Below are positions 16,645-25,626 of a stretch of 64,000 bases of DNA, one piece after another. Positions within the stretch are counted from its first letter, which is position 1; each line of letters opens with the position of its first letter. The position numbers and the translations under genes were made by a program. The notes under the pieces are model-generated. The model saw only the letters and a list, made by a program, of their open reading frames with translations, did no database searches and was not told the DNA's origin. Origin of the DNA: Gammaproteobacteria bacterium (lineage in GTDB: Bacteria; Pseudomonadota; Gammaproteobacteria; SKWO01); the NCBI GenBank assembly GCA_007128895.1, contig SKWO01000001.1, positions 4,477 to 68,476 on the forward strand, in the 5' to 3' direction.

Positions 16645-17763
16645 TCACGCCACCCGGGCCAGACGCGGGTGGCGCGAGATGGCGTAGAAGAGCAGGCCGG
16701 AGAAGATCAGGGTCAGGAAGAAGTGCCAGCCACTCAGCCCCGGCCAGGACTGGTAGTCGTAGACGTGGCCGGCGGCGACAAAGAGGCGCCCCTCGTGGCT
16801 GCTCAGGGCGCTGACCTGGGCGGCCAGACGGGCCGCGTGCTGCCAGTCGTGGCCGTCACCCTCCAGCAGCAGACGGTGCAGGCCGTCGTCACTGCCGGCC
16901 CAGAGCAGCGGCGGCCCCTGATCGCTGCTCAGCGCCAGGGTCAGTACCCGCTTTCCGGCCATCGCCTCGCCCAGCGGCTGCCAGGACGCGTCGCCGGAGC
17001 GCTGGAAGGGGCCGTGCTCGGTGGCGACCACCTGCCGACCGTCCGGCAGCTCGATCAGATCGAAGAGGTTACTGGCCGGCGGCAGACCGTCGCTGTCGCT
17101 CTGCCAGTGCGCCCCCTGCAACCGGTAGAGGCCGTGGCCAATGGTCGCGGCGTAGAGCCGGCCATCGCCGTCCTGATAGAGACGATAGAGGGTGGCCGAC
17201 TCGGGCAGACCCTCATCCGGTAGCCGCTGCCACTGGGTCAGCTCGGCCTCGGAACGGTACAGCCCCTGGTCGGTCGCCAGCAGCACCGCGCCGTCGGCCT
17301 CGGCCAGCAGGGCGCTGACCCGGTACATCTCGGGCAAGCCATCCTCGAGCCGCTGCCACTGTGCCGCTGCCGCGTTCCATCGCCACGCCCCGTCGGCCCC
17401 GCCGGCCACCAACTGCGGCTCGGCGAGCAGGGCGGTAATCCCGGTAGCCGCCTCGTCGTCGCGCTCGCCGACCGTCTCCCACGCCGCCCCGCGCCGCTCC
17501 CAGACGCGCCCTTGGCCACTGCCGGCGAAGAGTCCGCCGGTCGCGCTCTGGGCCAGCGTGAGGACGTGCTCGCCGGGTTGCGGGCCGATCGCTTCGAACA
17601 GCTCGTTGCGCGGCAGGATCGTGCTGAGCAGACTGAGGGTCAGCAGGAAGAAGGCGATCATCACGATCATGCCGGCCGCGAAGGAGAGGCCGGTGGGACG
17701 GATACGGGGGGCAGCTGGACGGTTCATGGGCGGCATTGTCCACGGCACCGGGACAAATGACAA
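16645..17763 (-). CDS. Membrane-anchored seven-bladed beta-propeller repeat protein (Reg_prop/Ycf48/BNR-like)
   Basis: 372 aa with an N-terminal TM (IVMIAFFLLTLSLLSTIL), about seven roughly 42-aa repeats with GL[YH]R[SL]...W..L..GLP, and a C-terminal TM (WHFFLTLIFSGLLFYAI). It lies 12 nt downstream of ybbP. The track start is a TTG and the true start may be an internal Met. Confidence 0.5.
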   Translation of the reverse strand: MSFVPVPWTMPPMNRPAAPRIRPTGLSFAAGMIVMIAFFLLTLSLLSTILPRNELFEAIGPQPGEHVLTLAQSATGGLFAGSGQGRVWERRGAAWETVGERDDEAATGITALLAEPQLVAGGADGAWRWNAAAAQWQRLEDGLPEMYRVSALLAEADGAVLLATDQGLYRSEAELTQWQRLPDEGLPESATLYRLYQDGDGRLYAATIGHGLYRLQGAHWQSDSDGLPPASNLFDLIELPDGRQVVATEHGPFQRSGDASWQPLGEAMAGKRVLTLALSSDQGPPLLWAGSDDGLHRLLLEGDGHDWQHAARLAAQVSALSSHEGRLFVAAGHVYDYQSWPGLSGWHFFLTLIFSGLLFYAISRHPRLARVA

Positions 17764-17775
17764 GTCAACACCGCG

Positions 17776-20265
17776 TCAAATCTGACGCAGTACCTCGACC
17801 GGTGGTGCCGTCACCGCGCGCCGCATGCCGAGCGCCCCGGCCAGCCCGACCCCGACGGCGCCGAGCCCGACCCCGATCAGCCAGAGCCAGGGATTGACCC
17901 GGAACGGCAGGTCGAAGAGCTGGGTGGCGACGGCATAGCCGAGGGCGCTCGCCGCGGCCGCGGCGAGCAGCCCGGAGAGGGCGCCCAGGGCGATGAACTC
18001 GGTCGCCATACCGGCGTAGACGTGACGCTGGCGGGCCCCCAGGGCACGCAGTACCGCCGCCTCGCGCCGGCGCTCGTCGAAGGTGGCCTGGATCGCCGCC
18101 AGCAGTACGGTCACCCCGGCCAGCAGCGTCAGCAGAAAGACCAGCTCGACCGCCCGCACCACCTGGTCGATGACCTCGCGCACCCGGCCCATCAAAGCAT
18201 CGACGTCGATCACCGTGACATTGGGAAAGGCGCGCACCAGCGCCACCACCTCGCCACGCTGCTCGGGCGGCAGATGGAAGGCGGTCAGGAAGCTGGCACT
18301 GGCATGGTCGAGCCGGTCAGGGTGGAGGATGGCAAAGAAGTTGACCCGGAACGAGTCCCAGTCGACCTCGCGCAGGCTGGTGACCTCGGTCTCGACCTCG
18401 CGTCCGGCGACCTGCCAGGTGAGCCGATCACCGAGGCCGATCCCGAGCCGATCGGCCAGTCCGCTCTCGAATGAGACCTGGTCGCTGGCCTCGCCTGCCT
18501 GCCACCACTGGCCCGCCTTGAGCCGGTTGTGCGCCGGACGCTGGTCGCTCCAGCTGAGATTGAACTCGCGCTCGACCAGCCGCTGGGTGCGTGGCTCCTC
18601 CCAGTCGCTCGGCTGGATACGACGGCCATTGATCGCCACCAGACGGCCGCGCACCATCGGCGAGACCTCCGGCGGCTCCAGCCCGGCCTCGGCCAGAAAG
18701 GCACGCAGGGGGTCGATCTGGTCGGCGTTCAGGTCGACCAGGAAGTGGTTCGGGGCGTCCTCCGGGAGCGAGGCGCGCCACTCGTCGAGCAGGTCGCCCC
18801 GCACCAGTGCGAGCAACAGCAGGACGGTGAAGCCGAGGCCAAAGGCGACGATCTGCGCAACACTGGTACGCGCCCGCCGGGCCAGCGCGGCCAGTCCGAA
18901 GCGCCAGGCCACGCCACCGCGCTGGCGCAGCGGGGCCAGGGCGGCGACCAGCACGGCGGCCACCAGGGCAAAGAGTGAAAGCACCAGCAGCGTGCCCCCC
19001 ACCACCCAGAGCAGCAGCTCCAGGTCGCGGACCTGCCAAGCCATCAGCACCACCAGCGCGATCGCTGCGGCGCCGTAAACGGTGAGGCTGCGCAGCGGCA
19101 AGCCGATGGCGTCGCGTCGCAACACCCGCAGCGGCGGCACATCCGCCAGCGCCAGCAAGGGGGGCAGGGCGAAGCCGATCAGGACCAGTAGCCCGGTCAG
19201 CACGCCGCGCAACAGTGGCGTCACGCCGGCAGGCGGCAGGCTGGTGGCGAAGAGCCCCGCCAGCAGCAGGGCGAGCAGCTCGCCCAGCAGCCAGCCGATG
19301 GCCACGCCGAGGACCGCGCCGAGCAGGCCGAGCAGCACCATCTGCACGGCATGCACCGCAACGGTGAAACGCTGCGAGGCGCCCAGGCAGCGCAGCAGGG
19401 CGACATTGTCGAGGTGGCGCTCGGCATGGCGGCGGGCACTCATGCCGATGGCGACACCGGCCAGCAGCACACTGATCAGGGCGGCCAGCCCGAGGAAGCG
19501 CTCACCGCGATCGAGCGCCGCCTCCATCTCCGGCCGCGCCGTGCGCACACCGATCAGCTGCTGATCGGGGCTCAGCTGCGCCTCGACCGTGCGCCGGAAG
19601 CGCTCGACATCGTCGCTCTCGCCAGCCAGCAGCAGGCGGTAGCGCAGGGTACTGCCGCTCTCGGCCAGGCCGCTCGCCGCCAGATCTTCGAGGTGGAACA
19701 TCAGGCGCGGCGCCAGACTGAACAGATCGCCGCCCCGATCGGGTTCGCGCGCCAGAATCGCGCTCACCGTCAGCGTCAGCTCGCCCAACTGGACCCGGTC
19801 ACCGATGCCACGCTCCAACGCCAGCGCCAGCTGCGGGTCGAGCCACGCCTCGCCCGGAGCCGGCAAGCCTGGGGTCGGCCGCTCATCCCCCCATGGCCGG
19901 TCACTCAGCCACAGCTCGCCGCGTAGCGGGTAGCCGGGGCCGACCGCCTTGGCCTCGACCAGCTGGATCGCCTCGTCGGCAACCACCACGCTGCGAAAGT
20001 CGACCGTCAGCGCCTGCCCCAGCCCGGCCTGTTCGGCCTGCGCGCGCAGCGCCGCCGTCGGCTGCTCGGGGCCGACCACGGCCAGATCGGCGGCGAGCAG
20101 CTCGCCGGCCTGGTGCAGCATCGCGCGTTGGATGCGCTCGGTCACCAGACCAACACCGGTCACCGCGGTGACCGCCACGGTGAGCGCCGCCACCAGCACG
20201 CGCAGCTCACCGGCGCGCCAGTCGCGGCGCAGGTTACGCAGAGCAAAGCGGAGCAGGCGCAGCAT
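17776..20265 (-). CDS. ybbP: ABC transporter permease with two FtsX domains, YbbP/MacB-like
   Basis: 829 aa with two four-TM FtsX-type modules, each preceded by a large periplasmic domain. Synteny is tesA/ybbA-ybbP as in E. coli. Confidence 0.8.
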   Translation of the reverse strand: MLRLLRFALRNLRRDWRAGELRVLVAALTVAVTAVTGVGLVTERIQRAMLHQAGELLAADLAVVGPEQPTAALRAQAEQAGLGQALTVDFRSVVVADEAIQLVEAKAVGPGYPLRGELWLSDRPWGDERPTPGLPAPGEAWLDPQLALALERGIGDRVQLGELTLTVSAILAREPDRGGDLFSLAPRLMFHLEDLAASGLAESGSTLRYRLLLAGESDDVERFRRTVEAQLSPDQQLIGVRTARPEMEAALDRGERFLGLAALISVLLAGVAIGMSARRHAERHLDNVALLRCLGASQRFTVAVHAVQMVLLGLLGAVLGVAIGWLLGELLALLLAGLFATSLPPAGVTPLLRGVLTGLLVLIGFALPPLLALADVPPLRVLRRDAIGLPLRSLTVYGAAAIALVVLMAWQVRDLELLLWVVGGTLLVLSLFALVAAVLVAALAPLRQRGGVAWRFGLAALARRARTSVAQIVAFGLGFTVLLLLALVRGDLLDEWRASLPEDAPNHFLVDLNADQIDPLRAFLAEAGLEPPEVSPMVRGRLVAINGRRIQPSDWEEPRTQRLVEREFNLSWSDQRPAHNRLKAGQWWQAGEASDQVSFESGLADRLGIGLGDRLTWQVAGREVETEVTSLREVDWDSFRVNFFAILHPDRLDHASASFLTAFHLPPEQRGEVVALVRAFPNVTVIDVDALMGRVREVIDQVVRAVELVFLLTLLAGVTVLLAAIQATFDERRREAAVLRALGARQRHVYAGMATEFIALGALSGLLAAAAASALGYAVATQLFDLPFRVNPWLWLIGVGLGAVGVGLAGALGMRRAVTAPPVEVLRQI

Positions 20266-20270
20266 GATTA

Positions 20271-20963
20271 TTAACCCGGCCCTATAATGGGCGACATTCG
20301 GCCGCCCTCGATCTCGATGCGACGGCCACAGCGCTCGGCCAGCACACTGTCGTGCGTGACCAGGATCAGGGTGGTGCCGGACTCGGCATTGAGCGCAAAG
20401 AGCAGGTCGATGACGTGTGCTCCGGTGCGGCGGTCGAGGTTGCCGGTCGGCTCATCGGCGAAGAGCAGGCGCGGCTCGCCGGCAAAGGCACGGGCGATGG
20501 CAACCCGCTGCTGCTCCCCCCCGGAGAGCTGGTTCGGATAGTGGTGCAGACGCCGCGACAGGCCGACTCGCTCGAGCAGCCGGGCCGCCTCGCTGCGGGC
20601 CTGATCGCGCCCGGCCAGTTCCAACGGCAGCAGAACGTTCTCCAGTGCGGTAAAGCTGGGCAGCAACTGGAACGACTGGAAGACGAAGCCGACCAGACCG
20701 GCGCGCAGGGCAGCACGGCCGTCCTCGTCCAGCGCATTCAGGTCGTGGCCATTCAGACTGACCCGACCATGGCTGGGACGGTCGAGGCCGGCGAGCAGGC
20801 CGAGCAGGGTCGACTTGCCTGAGCCGGAGGCGCCGACGATAGCGACCGTCTCGCCCGAGGCGATGGAAAAGCTGATATCATCGAGTATCGTCAGCTCACC
20901 GCCGGGACTCGCCACCCGCTTGCCCAACGCCTCGGCCACCACCATGTCACTGCGTACTTCCAT
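20271..20963 (-). CDS. ybbA: ABC transporter ATP-binding protein YbbA (LolD/MacB-type)
   Basis: 230 aa with Walker A (GASGSGKSTLL), the signature LSGGEQQRVAIARA, Walker B (LLFADEPTGNLD) and the H-loop. Confidence 0.85.
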   Translation of the reverse strand: MEVRSDMVVAEALGKRVASPGGELTILDDISFSIASGETVAIVGASGSGKSTLLGLLAGLDRPSHGRVSLNGHDLNALDEDGRAALRAGLVGFVFQSFQLLPSFTALENVLLPLELAGRDQARSEAARLLERVGLSRRLHHYPNQLSGGEQQRVAIARAFAGEPRLLFADEPTGNLDRRTGAHVIDLLFALNAESGTTLILVTHDSVLAERCGRRIEIEGGRMSPIIGPG

Positions 20964-21567
20964 CTTCGCGATCCTTCTCCTCTGGCTCCATGCTGCCGCT
21001 GTTATAGCACAGGACGAACCGGTCGTGCTGGTCCTCGGGGACAGCCTCAGCGCCGCTTACGGCCTCCCGGTCGAGGCCGGTTGGGTCGCACTGCTGCAAA
21101 CGCGCATCGAGGCGAACGGCCTGCCCCACCGGGTGGTCAATGCCAGTGTCAGCGGCATGACCACCGAGGGCGGTCTGCGTCTGCTGCCCGAGCTGCTGGC
21201 CAGCCACCGTCCGGCGCTGCTGCTGCTACAGCTCGGTGCCAACGACGGCCTGCGCGGCCGTCAGCCGGAGGCGATCCGGGCCAACCTGAAGCGTTTGACT
21301 CAGGCCGCTCTGGAGGCCGACGTCGAGGTGGTACTGCTCGGCATCCACCTCCCTCCCAACTATGGCCCGCTCTACCAGAGAAGGTTCCACGCCATCTACC
21401 ACGAGGTGGCCGAGCGGCTCGAGCTGCCCCTGCTGCCCTTTCTGCTCGAGCGGGTGGCGCTTGAGCCCGGCCTGATGCAGAGTGACGGCCTGCACCCCAC
21501 CGCCGAGGCGCAGCCGCTGATCCTTGATAACGTCTGGCCGCTGATCGAACCCCGGCTGGAAATGTGA
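20944..21567 (+). CDS. tesA: SGNH/GDSL multifunctional acyl-CoA thioesterase I / protease I / lysophospholipase L1
   Basis: 207 aa with a signal peptide, a GDSLS block (LVLGDSLSAAYG), GANDGLRG, and a DGLHP catalytic His block. It aligns well with E. coli TesA and is divergent from ybbA. Confidence 0.85.
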   Translation: MSLRTSIFAILLLWLHAAAVIAQDEPVVLVLGDSLSAAYGLPVEAGWVALLQTRIEANGLPHRVVNASVSGMTTEGGLRLLPELLASHRPALLLLQLGANDGLRGRQPEAIRANLKRLTQAALEADVEVVLLGIHLPPNYGPLYQRRFHAIYHEVAERLELPLLPFLLERVALEPGLMQSDGLHPTAEAQPLILDNVWPLIEPRLEM

Positions 21568-21591
21568 GGCAGGCATGACCATAATGGCCGC

Positions 21592-22665
21592 ATGGCCAAG
21601 CGCAACGTCGACGTACTGATCATCGGGCAGGGGCTCGCCGGCAGCTTGCTGGCCTGGGAGCTGCAGCGCCGTGGCCGCAGCGTGGTGGTGGTCGACGACG
21701 ACCACGCCTCCTCCTCCTCTCGGGCCGCCGCCGGGCTGGTCAACGCCATCGTCGGCACGCGCCTGGTCAAGACCGAGGATGCCGAGCTGCTGGTACCGGC
21801 GGCGCGTGCGCTCTATCGCAAGCTGGAAGCGGCCTTTGACCGCCGCTTCTTCCACGAGCGACCGATGCTGCGCCTCTTTCGCACCGATCAGGAGCGCGCG
21901 CGCTGGGAAGAACGGCGCCAGGACCCCGAGTACCGCGCCTGGATCAACGAGAGCTGGCCGATAGGCGAGCCACCGGCAGCCGTGCACGCCCCGCTGGGCG
22001 GCTTTGTCCAGCACCGCACCGGCTTCCTCGATACCAATGCCCTGCTCGACACCCTGCGCGACCACCTCGATCAGCAGCAAAACCGCATTGTGGCGCGGAT
22101 CGACCCGGCCGCGGTCACGCCGGTCGGCGACGAGGTTCAATGGCAGGCGATCACTGCCCGCTGCGCCATCTTCTGCGAAGGCTACCGCCTGCGTGACAAC
22201 CCGTGGTTCGACTGGCTGCCGATGAAGCCGATCAAGGGCGAGATACTGACCCTGCACAGCCGCAAGCCGTTGCCGCGCGCGATCATCAACGCCGGCAAGT
22301 GGATCGTGCCGTTCGAGGACGAACTCTTCCGCCTCGGCGCCACCTACGACCACGACCGCCTCGACACCCTGCCGACCCACGAGGCGCGCGAGCAGCTGCT
22401 CGCCGCCCTGCCGGCACTGCTGCAACAGCCGCCGGCCTGCGAAGTCGTCGCCCATCGCGTCGGCATCCGGCCGCGCAGTGGCGATCGACGCCCGCTGCTT
22501 GGCTTCCACCCACACCACGCCGGGCTCGGCGTCTTCAACGGCTTCGGCTCGCACGGCGCCCTGCTGATCCCGTGGTACGCCTCGCGCATGGCCGACCGCA
22601 TCGATGGCATCAACACTATCCCCGCGAGCGCCGACATCCGCCGCTTTGCGCTGCCCGGCGCGTAG
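21592..22665 (+). CDS. FAD-dependent oxidoreductase (DAO family; ThiO/MnmC C-terminal domain-like)
   Basis: 357 aa with an N-terminal dinucleotide-binding motif (DVLIIGQGLAGSLLAWEL). The C-terminal half resembles glycine/D-amino-acid oxidase folds. Confidence 0.55.
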   Translation: MAKRNVDVLIIGQGLAGSLLAWELQRRGRSVVVVDDDHASSSSRAAAGLVNAIVGTRLVKTEDAELLVPAARALYRKLEAAFDRRFFHERPMLRLFRTDQERARWEERRQDPEYRAWINESWPIGEPPAAVHAPLGGFVQHRTGFLDTNALLDTLRDHLDQQQNRIVARIDPAAVTPVGDEVQWQAITARCAIFCEGYRLRDNPWFDWLPMKPIKGEILTLHSRKPLPRAIINAGKWIVPFEDELFRLGATYDHDRLDTLPTHEAREQLLAALPALLQQPPACEVVAHRVGIRPRSGDRRPLLGFHPHHAGLGVFNGFGSHGALLIPWYASRMADRIDGINTIPASADIRRFALPGA

Positions 22666-22733
22666 TATTGGCGCCATTGCGCGCACGGTGCTAATGTAAA
22701 TACTTGACTCTTCATCTACGGAGACAGGATGTC

Positions 22734-23528
22734 ATGAAGCGCTTGCTGACCCTCTTTGCCGCCCTTCTGTTCAGTGCCCCACTCCTGGCCGATGCGCATG
22801 GCCTCGTCGGCGAGTCGATCGTCTACCACGACGGCGAGGTCGAGCTGCACGGCTATCTGGCCTACGACCCGAGCCTTGCCGGCGAACGCCCGGCGGTGCT
22901 GGTGGTGCACGAGTGGTGGGGCCACAACGAGCACGCCCGTGAGCAGGCGCGCCGGCTGGCACGCCTCGGCTATACCGCGCTGGCGGTCGACATGTTCGGT
23001 GACGGACGCCAGGCCGATCATCCCAACGAGGCAGGTGCCTTCGCCGGCCAGGTGCGACGCAACCGCGACCTGATGATGAGCCGCTTCAATGCCGCCCTCG
23101 ACTGGCTGCATGCGCGTGATGACATCGACGCGGCACGCATCGCCGCGATCGGCTACTGCTTTGGCGGCAGCGTGGTGCTGGAGATGGCTCGCGCCGGCGC
23201 CGAGCTGCTCGGGGTGGCCAGCTTCCACGGCGCACTGGCGACCGACCACCCGGCGCAGGCCGGGACCACCACCGCCCGCGTGCTGGTCCTGCACGGCGCC
23301 GAGGACCCGCTGGTGCCGCAGGAGCAGGTGCTCGCCTTCATCGACGAGATGGAGGGCGCCGGCGTCGACTACCGCTTCATCGCCTATCCCGGCGCCACCC
23401 ACAGCTTCACCAACCCGGCCGCCGACCAGCTGGCCGAGCGGTTCGACATGCCGGTCGGCTACCATGCCGAGGCCGACGCCGCCTCGTGGGAAGAGCTCGA
23501 GCGCTTCCTCGAAGCGCTCTTCCAGTAA
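22734..23528 (+). CDS. Dienelactone hydrolase family protein (secreted)
   Basis: 264 aa with a signal peptide, then the DLH pattern (VLVVHEWWG...GYCFGG nucleophile elbow...H near the C-terminus). GGAGA ribosome-binding site upstream. Confidence 0.8.
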   Translation: MKRLLTLFAALLFSAPLLADAHGLVGESIVYHDGEVELHGYLAYDPSLAGERPAVLVVHEWWGHNEHAREQARRLARLGYTALAVDMFGDGRQADHPNEAGAFAGQVRRNRDLMMSRFNAALDWLHARDDIDAARIAAIGYCFGGSVVLEMARAGAELLGVASFHGALATDHPAQAGTTTARVLVLHGAEDPLVPQEQVLAFIDEMEGAGVDYRFIAYPGATHSFTNPAADQLAERFDMPVGYHAEADAASWEELERFLEALFQ

Positions 23529-23539
23529 GGCGCCGACCC

Positions 23540-25120
23540 ATGCTGCCGCGTCGCCTGCTGCCACTGTTACTACTGCTGGCAGCCCCGGCTGCACTGGCCG
23601 AGCGTATCAGCACGGTCACCCTCTTTCCCGACCGCGCTGCCGTGACGCGCGAGCAGAGCGCCACCCTCGAGGCGGGTGAAGGGGTCATCCGCCTCGAGGG
23701 GCTGCCGGCCGGCCTTGACCGCCAGAGCCTGCGTGTCGCCGCCTACGGGGTCGAAGGGCTCACCCTCGGTGCCGTGGAGAGCCGCATCGTGCAGACCCGC
23801 GAGGCGGCTGCGGCGCAGTTGCAACAGCTCAACCGGGAGCTCGAGCGGCTCAGTGACCTGCAGCGCGAGACGACCGACCAGGAACGCGCCCTAGCCCTCC
23901 AGCTCGGCTTCATCGAACGGCTCGGTCAGCGACCGGCCGAGGCGGCCGGCGGGCCACGGCTTGAACCGGGGCAGTGGCAAGAGGCCTGGGAGCTGGTCGG
24001 GCGCGGTGCCCAGGAGACCCTGACTGCCCTGCGCGAACAGGAGCGCTCCCGCCGCGAGCTGGACCGGGAGATCGACCGGCTGCGCCGCGAGATCGAGGCA
24101 CTCGGTCGCGAGCGCCGTCAGCAGCTCGAGGTCACCGTCCACTACACGGCGCAGTCGCCCGGTCAGGCCACGATCACACTCGACTATATCGTCCCTCAGG
24201 CCGGCTGGACGCCGCACTACGAGGCGCGCCTCGACAGCCACAGCGGTGAGCTGATCCTGGTGCAGCGGGCCGAGGTGCGTCAGGCGACCGGTGAGGCGTG
24301 GGAGGCCACCACCCTGTGGCTCTCCACCGCGCGCCCTGCCCTCGGTGGCCGACTGCCCGAGCCGTCGCCCTGGTACATCGACGCGCGCCCGCCCCAGCCG
24401 GTCGCCCGTACCCAGCGGCTCGAGTCGGCCGATCTGGCCGCTGCCCCACCACTCGCCGAGGCCGAGCACGCCAGCGCCAGCATCGAGGCGACCGACTTCA
24501 CCGCCCGTTACCGGGTCCCGGGTCGTGTCAGCGTTCCCGGGGACAACAGCCGCCACCGCTTCCTGCTCGCCGAACAGCGGCTGCCGGTCGAGCTGAGCAG
24601 CCGCGTGGTGCCCAAGGCATCACCCCACGCCTACCTTTACGCCCGCGGCGACTACCCCGGCGAGATCGCCCTGCCGGCCGGGCCGCTCACCCTGTTTCAG
24701 GATGGTGTCTTTGCCGGCAACAGCCGACTGCCGACGCTGGCCCCGGGCAGCGAACTGCGCCTGGCCTTCGGCGTGGATGACAAGATTGAGGTGCAGTACG
24801 TGCTCGAGCGCGATGTGATCGGGCAGGAGGGGCTGCTGCGTCGCCAGCAGCGGCTCACGCGAGACCACCGCATCGAACTGGAGAGCCGCCACAGTCGACC
24901 GATCCGGGTCACCGTGCTCGACCAGCTGCCGGTGGCACGTGACGAGCGTATCCGGGTCGAACTGAGTCGGGAGAGCACCGCGCCGGACGAGCGGGATCAC
25001 GAGGGTCGCGCCGGCGTGGTCGCGTGGCACCGCGAGCTGCCGGCCGAAGGCCGCGTGGCGCTGCGTTTCGGCTACACCGTCAGCTGGCCGGAAGAGCTGG
25101 AACGCCCCTGGGGATTGTGA
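23540..25120 (+). CDS. DUF4139 (MuiA mucoidy-inhibitor-like) protein with a coiled-coil segment
   Basis: 526 aa with a signal peptide, an N-terminal DUF4140-like segment, a long Q/R/E-rich coiled coil, and a C-terminal DUF4139 region (GQATITLDYIVPQAGWTPHYEARLD...). Confidence 0.6.
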   Translation: MLPRRLLPLLLLLAAPAALAERISTVTLFPDRAAVTREQSATLEAGEGVIRLEGLPAGLDRQSLRVAAYGVEGLTLGAVESRIVQTREAAAAQLQQLNRELERLSDLQRETTDQERALALQLGFIERLGQRPAEAAGGPRLEPGQWQEAWELVGRGAQETLTALREQERSRRELDREIDRLRREIEALGRERRQQLEVTVHYTAQSPGQATITLDYIVPQAGWTPHYEARLDSHSGELILVQRAEVRQATGEAWEATTLWLSTARPALGGRLPEPSPWYIDARPPQPVARTQRLESADLAAAPPLAEAEHASASIEATDFTARYRVPGRVSVPGDNSRHRFLLAEQRLPVELSSRVVPKASPHAYLYARGDYPGEIALPAGPLTLFQDGVFAGNSRLPTLAPGSELRLAFGVDDKIEVQYVLERDVIGQEGLLRRQQRLTRDHRIELESRHSRPIRVTVLDQLPVARDERIRVELSRESTAPDERDHEGRAGVVAWHRELPAEGRVALRFGYTVSWPEELERPWGL

Positions 25121-25390
25121 TCAGCCGAAGCGGTAGTGCTTGCGCACCGCCGCATGGATCGCCCAGGTACAAGCCATTCCGGCTGGAAAGGTGACCAGAT
25201 CGCCGGCACCGAAGGTGACCGAATCGCCCTCCTCAGGGGTGACCGTCACCTCCCCCTCCAGCAGGTAGCAGATCTCTCGCTCGGCGTAGTGCCAGGGGAA
25301 GGTCGAGACCTCCTTCTCCCACACCGGCCAGTCGAAAACGCCGAGCTGTTGCAGGCGTTCGGCACCGGGTTGGTGTTCTATTTCGATCAT
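25121..25390 (-). CDS. Small cupin-fold protein (cupin_3/DUF861-like)
   Basis: 89 aa with a conserved cupin core (WEKEVSTFPWHYAEREICYLLEGEVTV...GDLVTFPAG). Confidence 0.55.
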   Translation of the reverse strand: MIEIEHQPGAERLQQLGVFDWPVWEKEVSTFPWHYAEREICYLLEGEVTVTPEEGDSVTFGAGDLVTFPAGMACTWAIHAAVRKHYRFG

Positions 25391-25602
25391 GCGTCCTCTT
25401 TCAGCACATACTCGGTGCCGCAGTAGGGGCAGGTGGCGTGGCCGCTGGTGCTCAAGTCGATGTAGATGCGCGGGTGGCTATTCCACAGGCTCATCGTCGG
25501 CATCGGGCAGTGCAGCGGCAGTTGGTCGCGGCCGACCTCAATGCGGCGCGCAGCATGCGGCGTGGCTTCACCGTGCGCGTGGGGGGTGGTGGTCGCGGGC
25601 AT
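25387..25602 (-). CDS. zf-CHCC zinc-finger domain protein
   Basis: 71 aa with a C-terminal HPRIYIDL...CPYCGTEYVLK, the NDUFS6-type CHCC zinc finger. It overlaps the cupin gene by 4 nt. Confidence 0.5.
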   Translation of the reverse strand: MPATTTPHAHGEATPHAARRIEVGRDQLPLHCPMPTMSLWNSHPRIYIDLSTSGHATCPYCGTEYVLKEDA

Positions 25603-25626
25603 GGCGCTCTCCTGTTGGATGCGTGA

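Noticed and set aside
16427-16814. ORFs 16427-16687 + (86 aa) and 16536-16814 + (92 aa) in the hrpA upstream gap.
   Set aside because: They run through two strong RNA hairpins and a U-tract terminator and into the neighbouring gene. A non-coding transcript is the better explanation.
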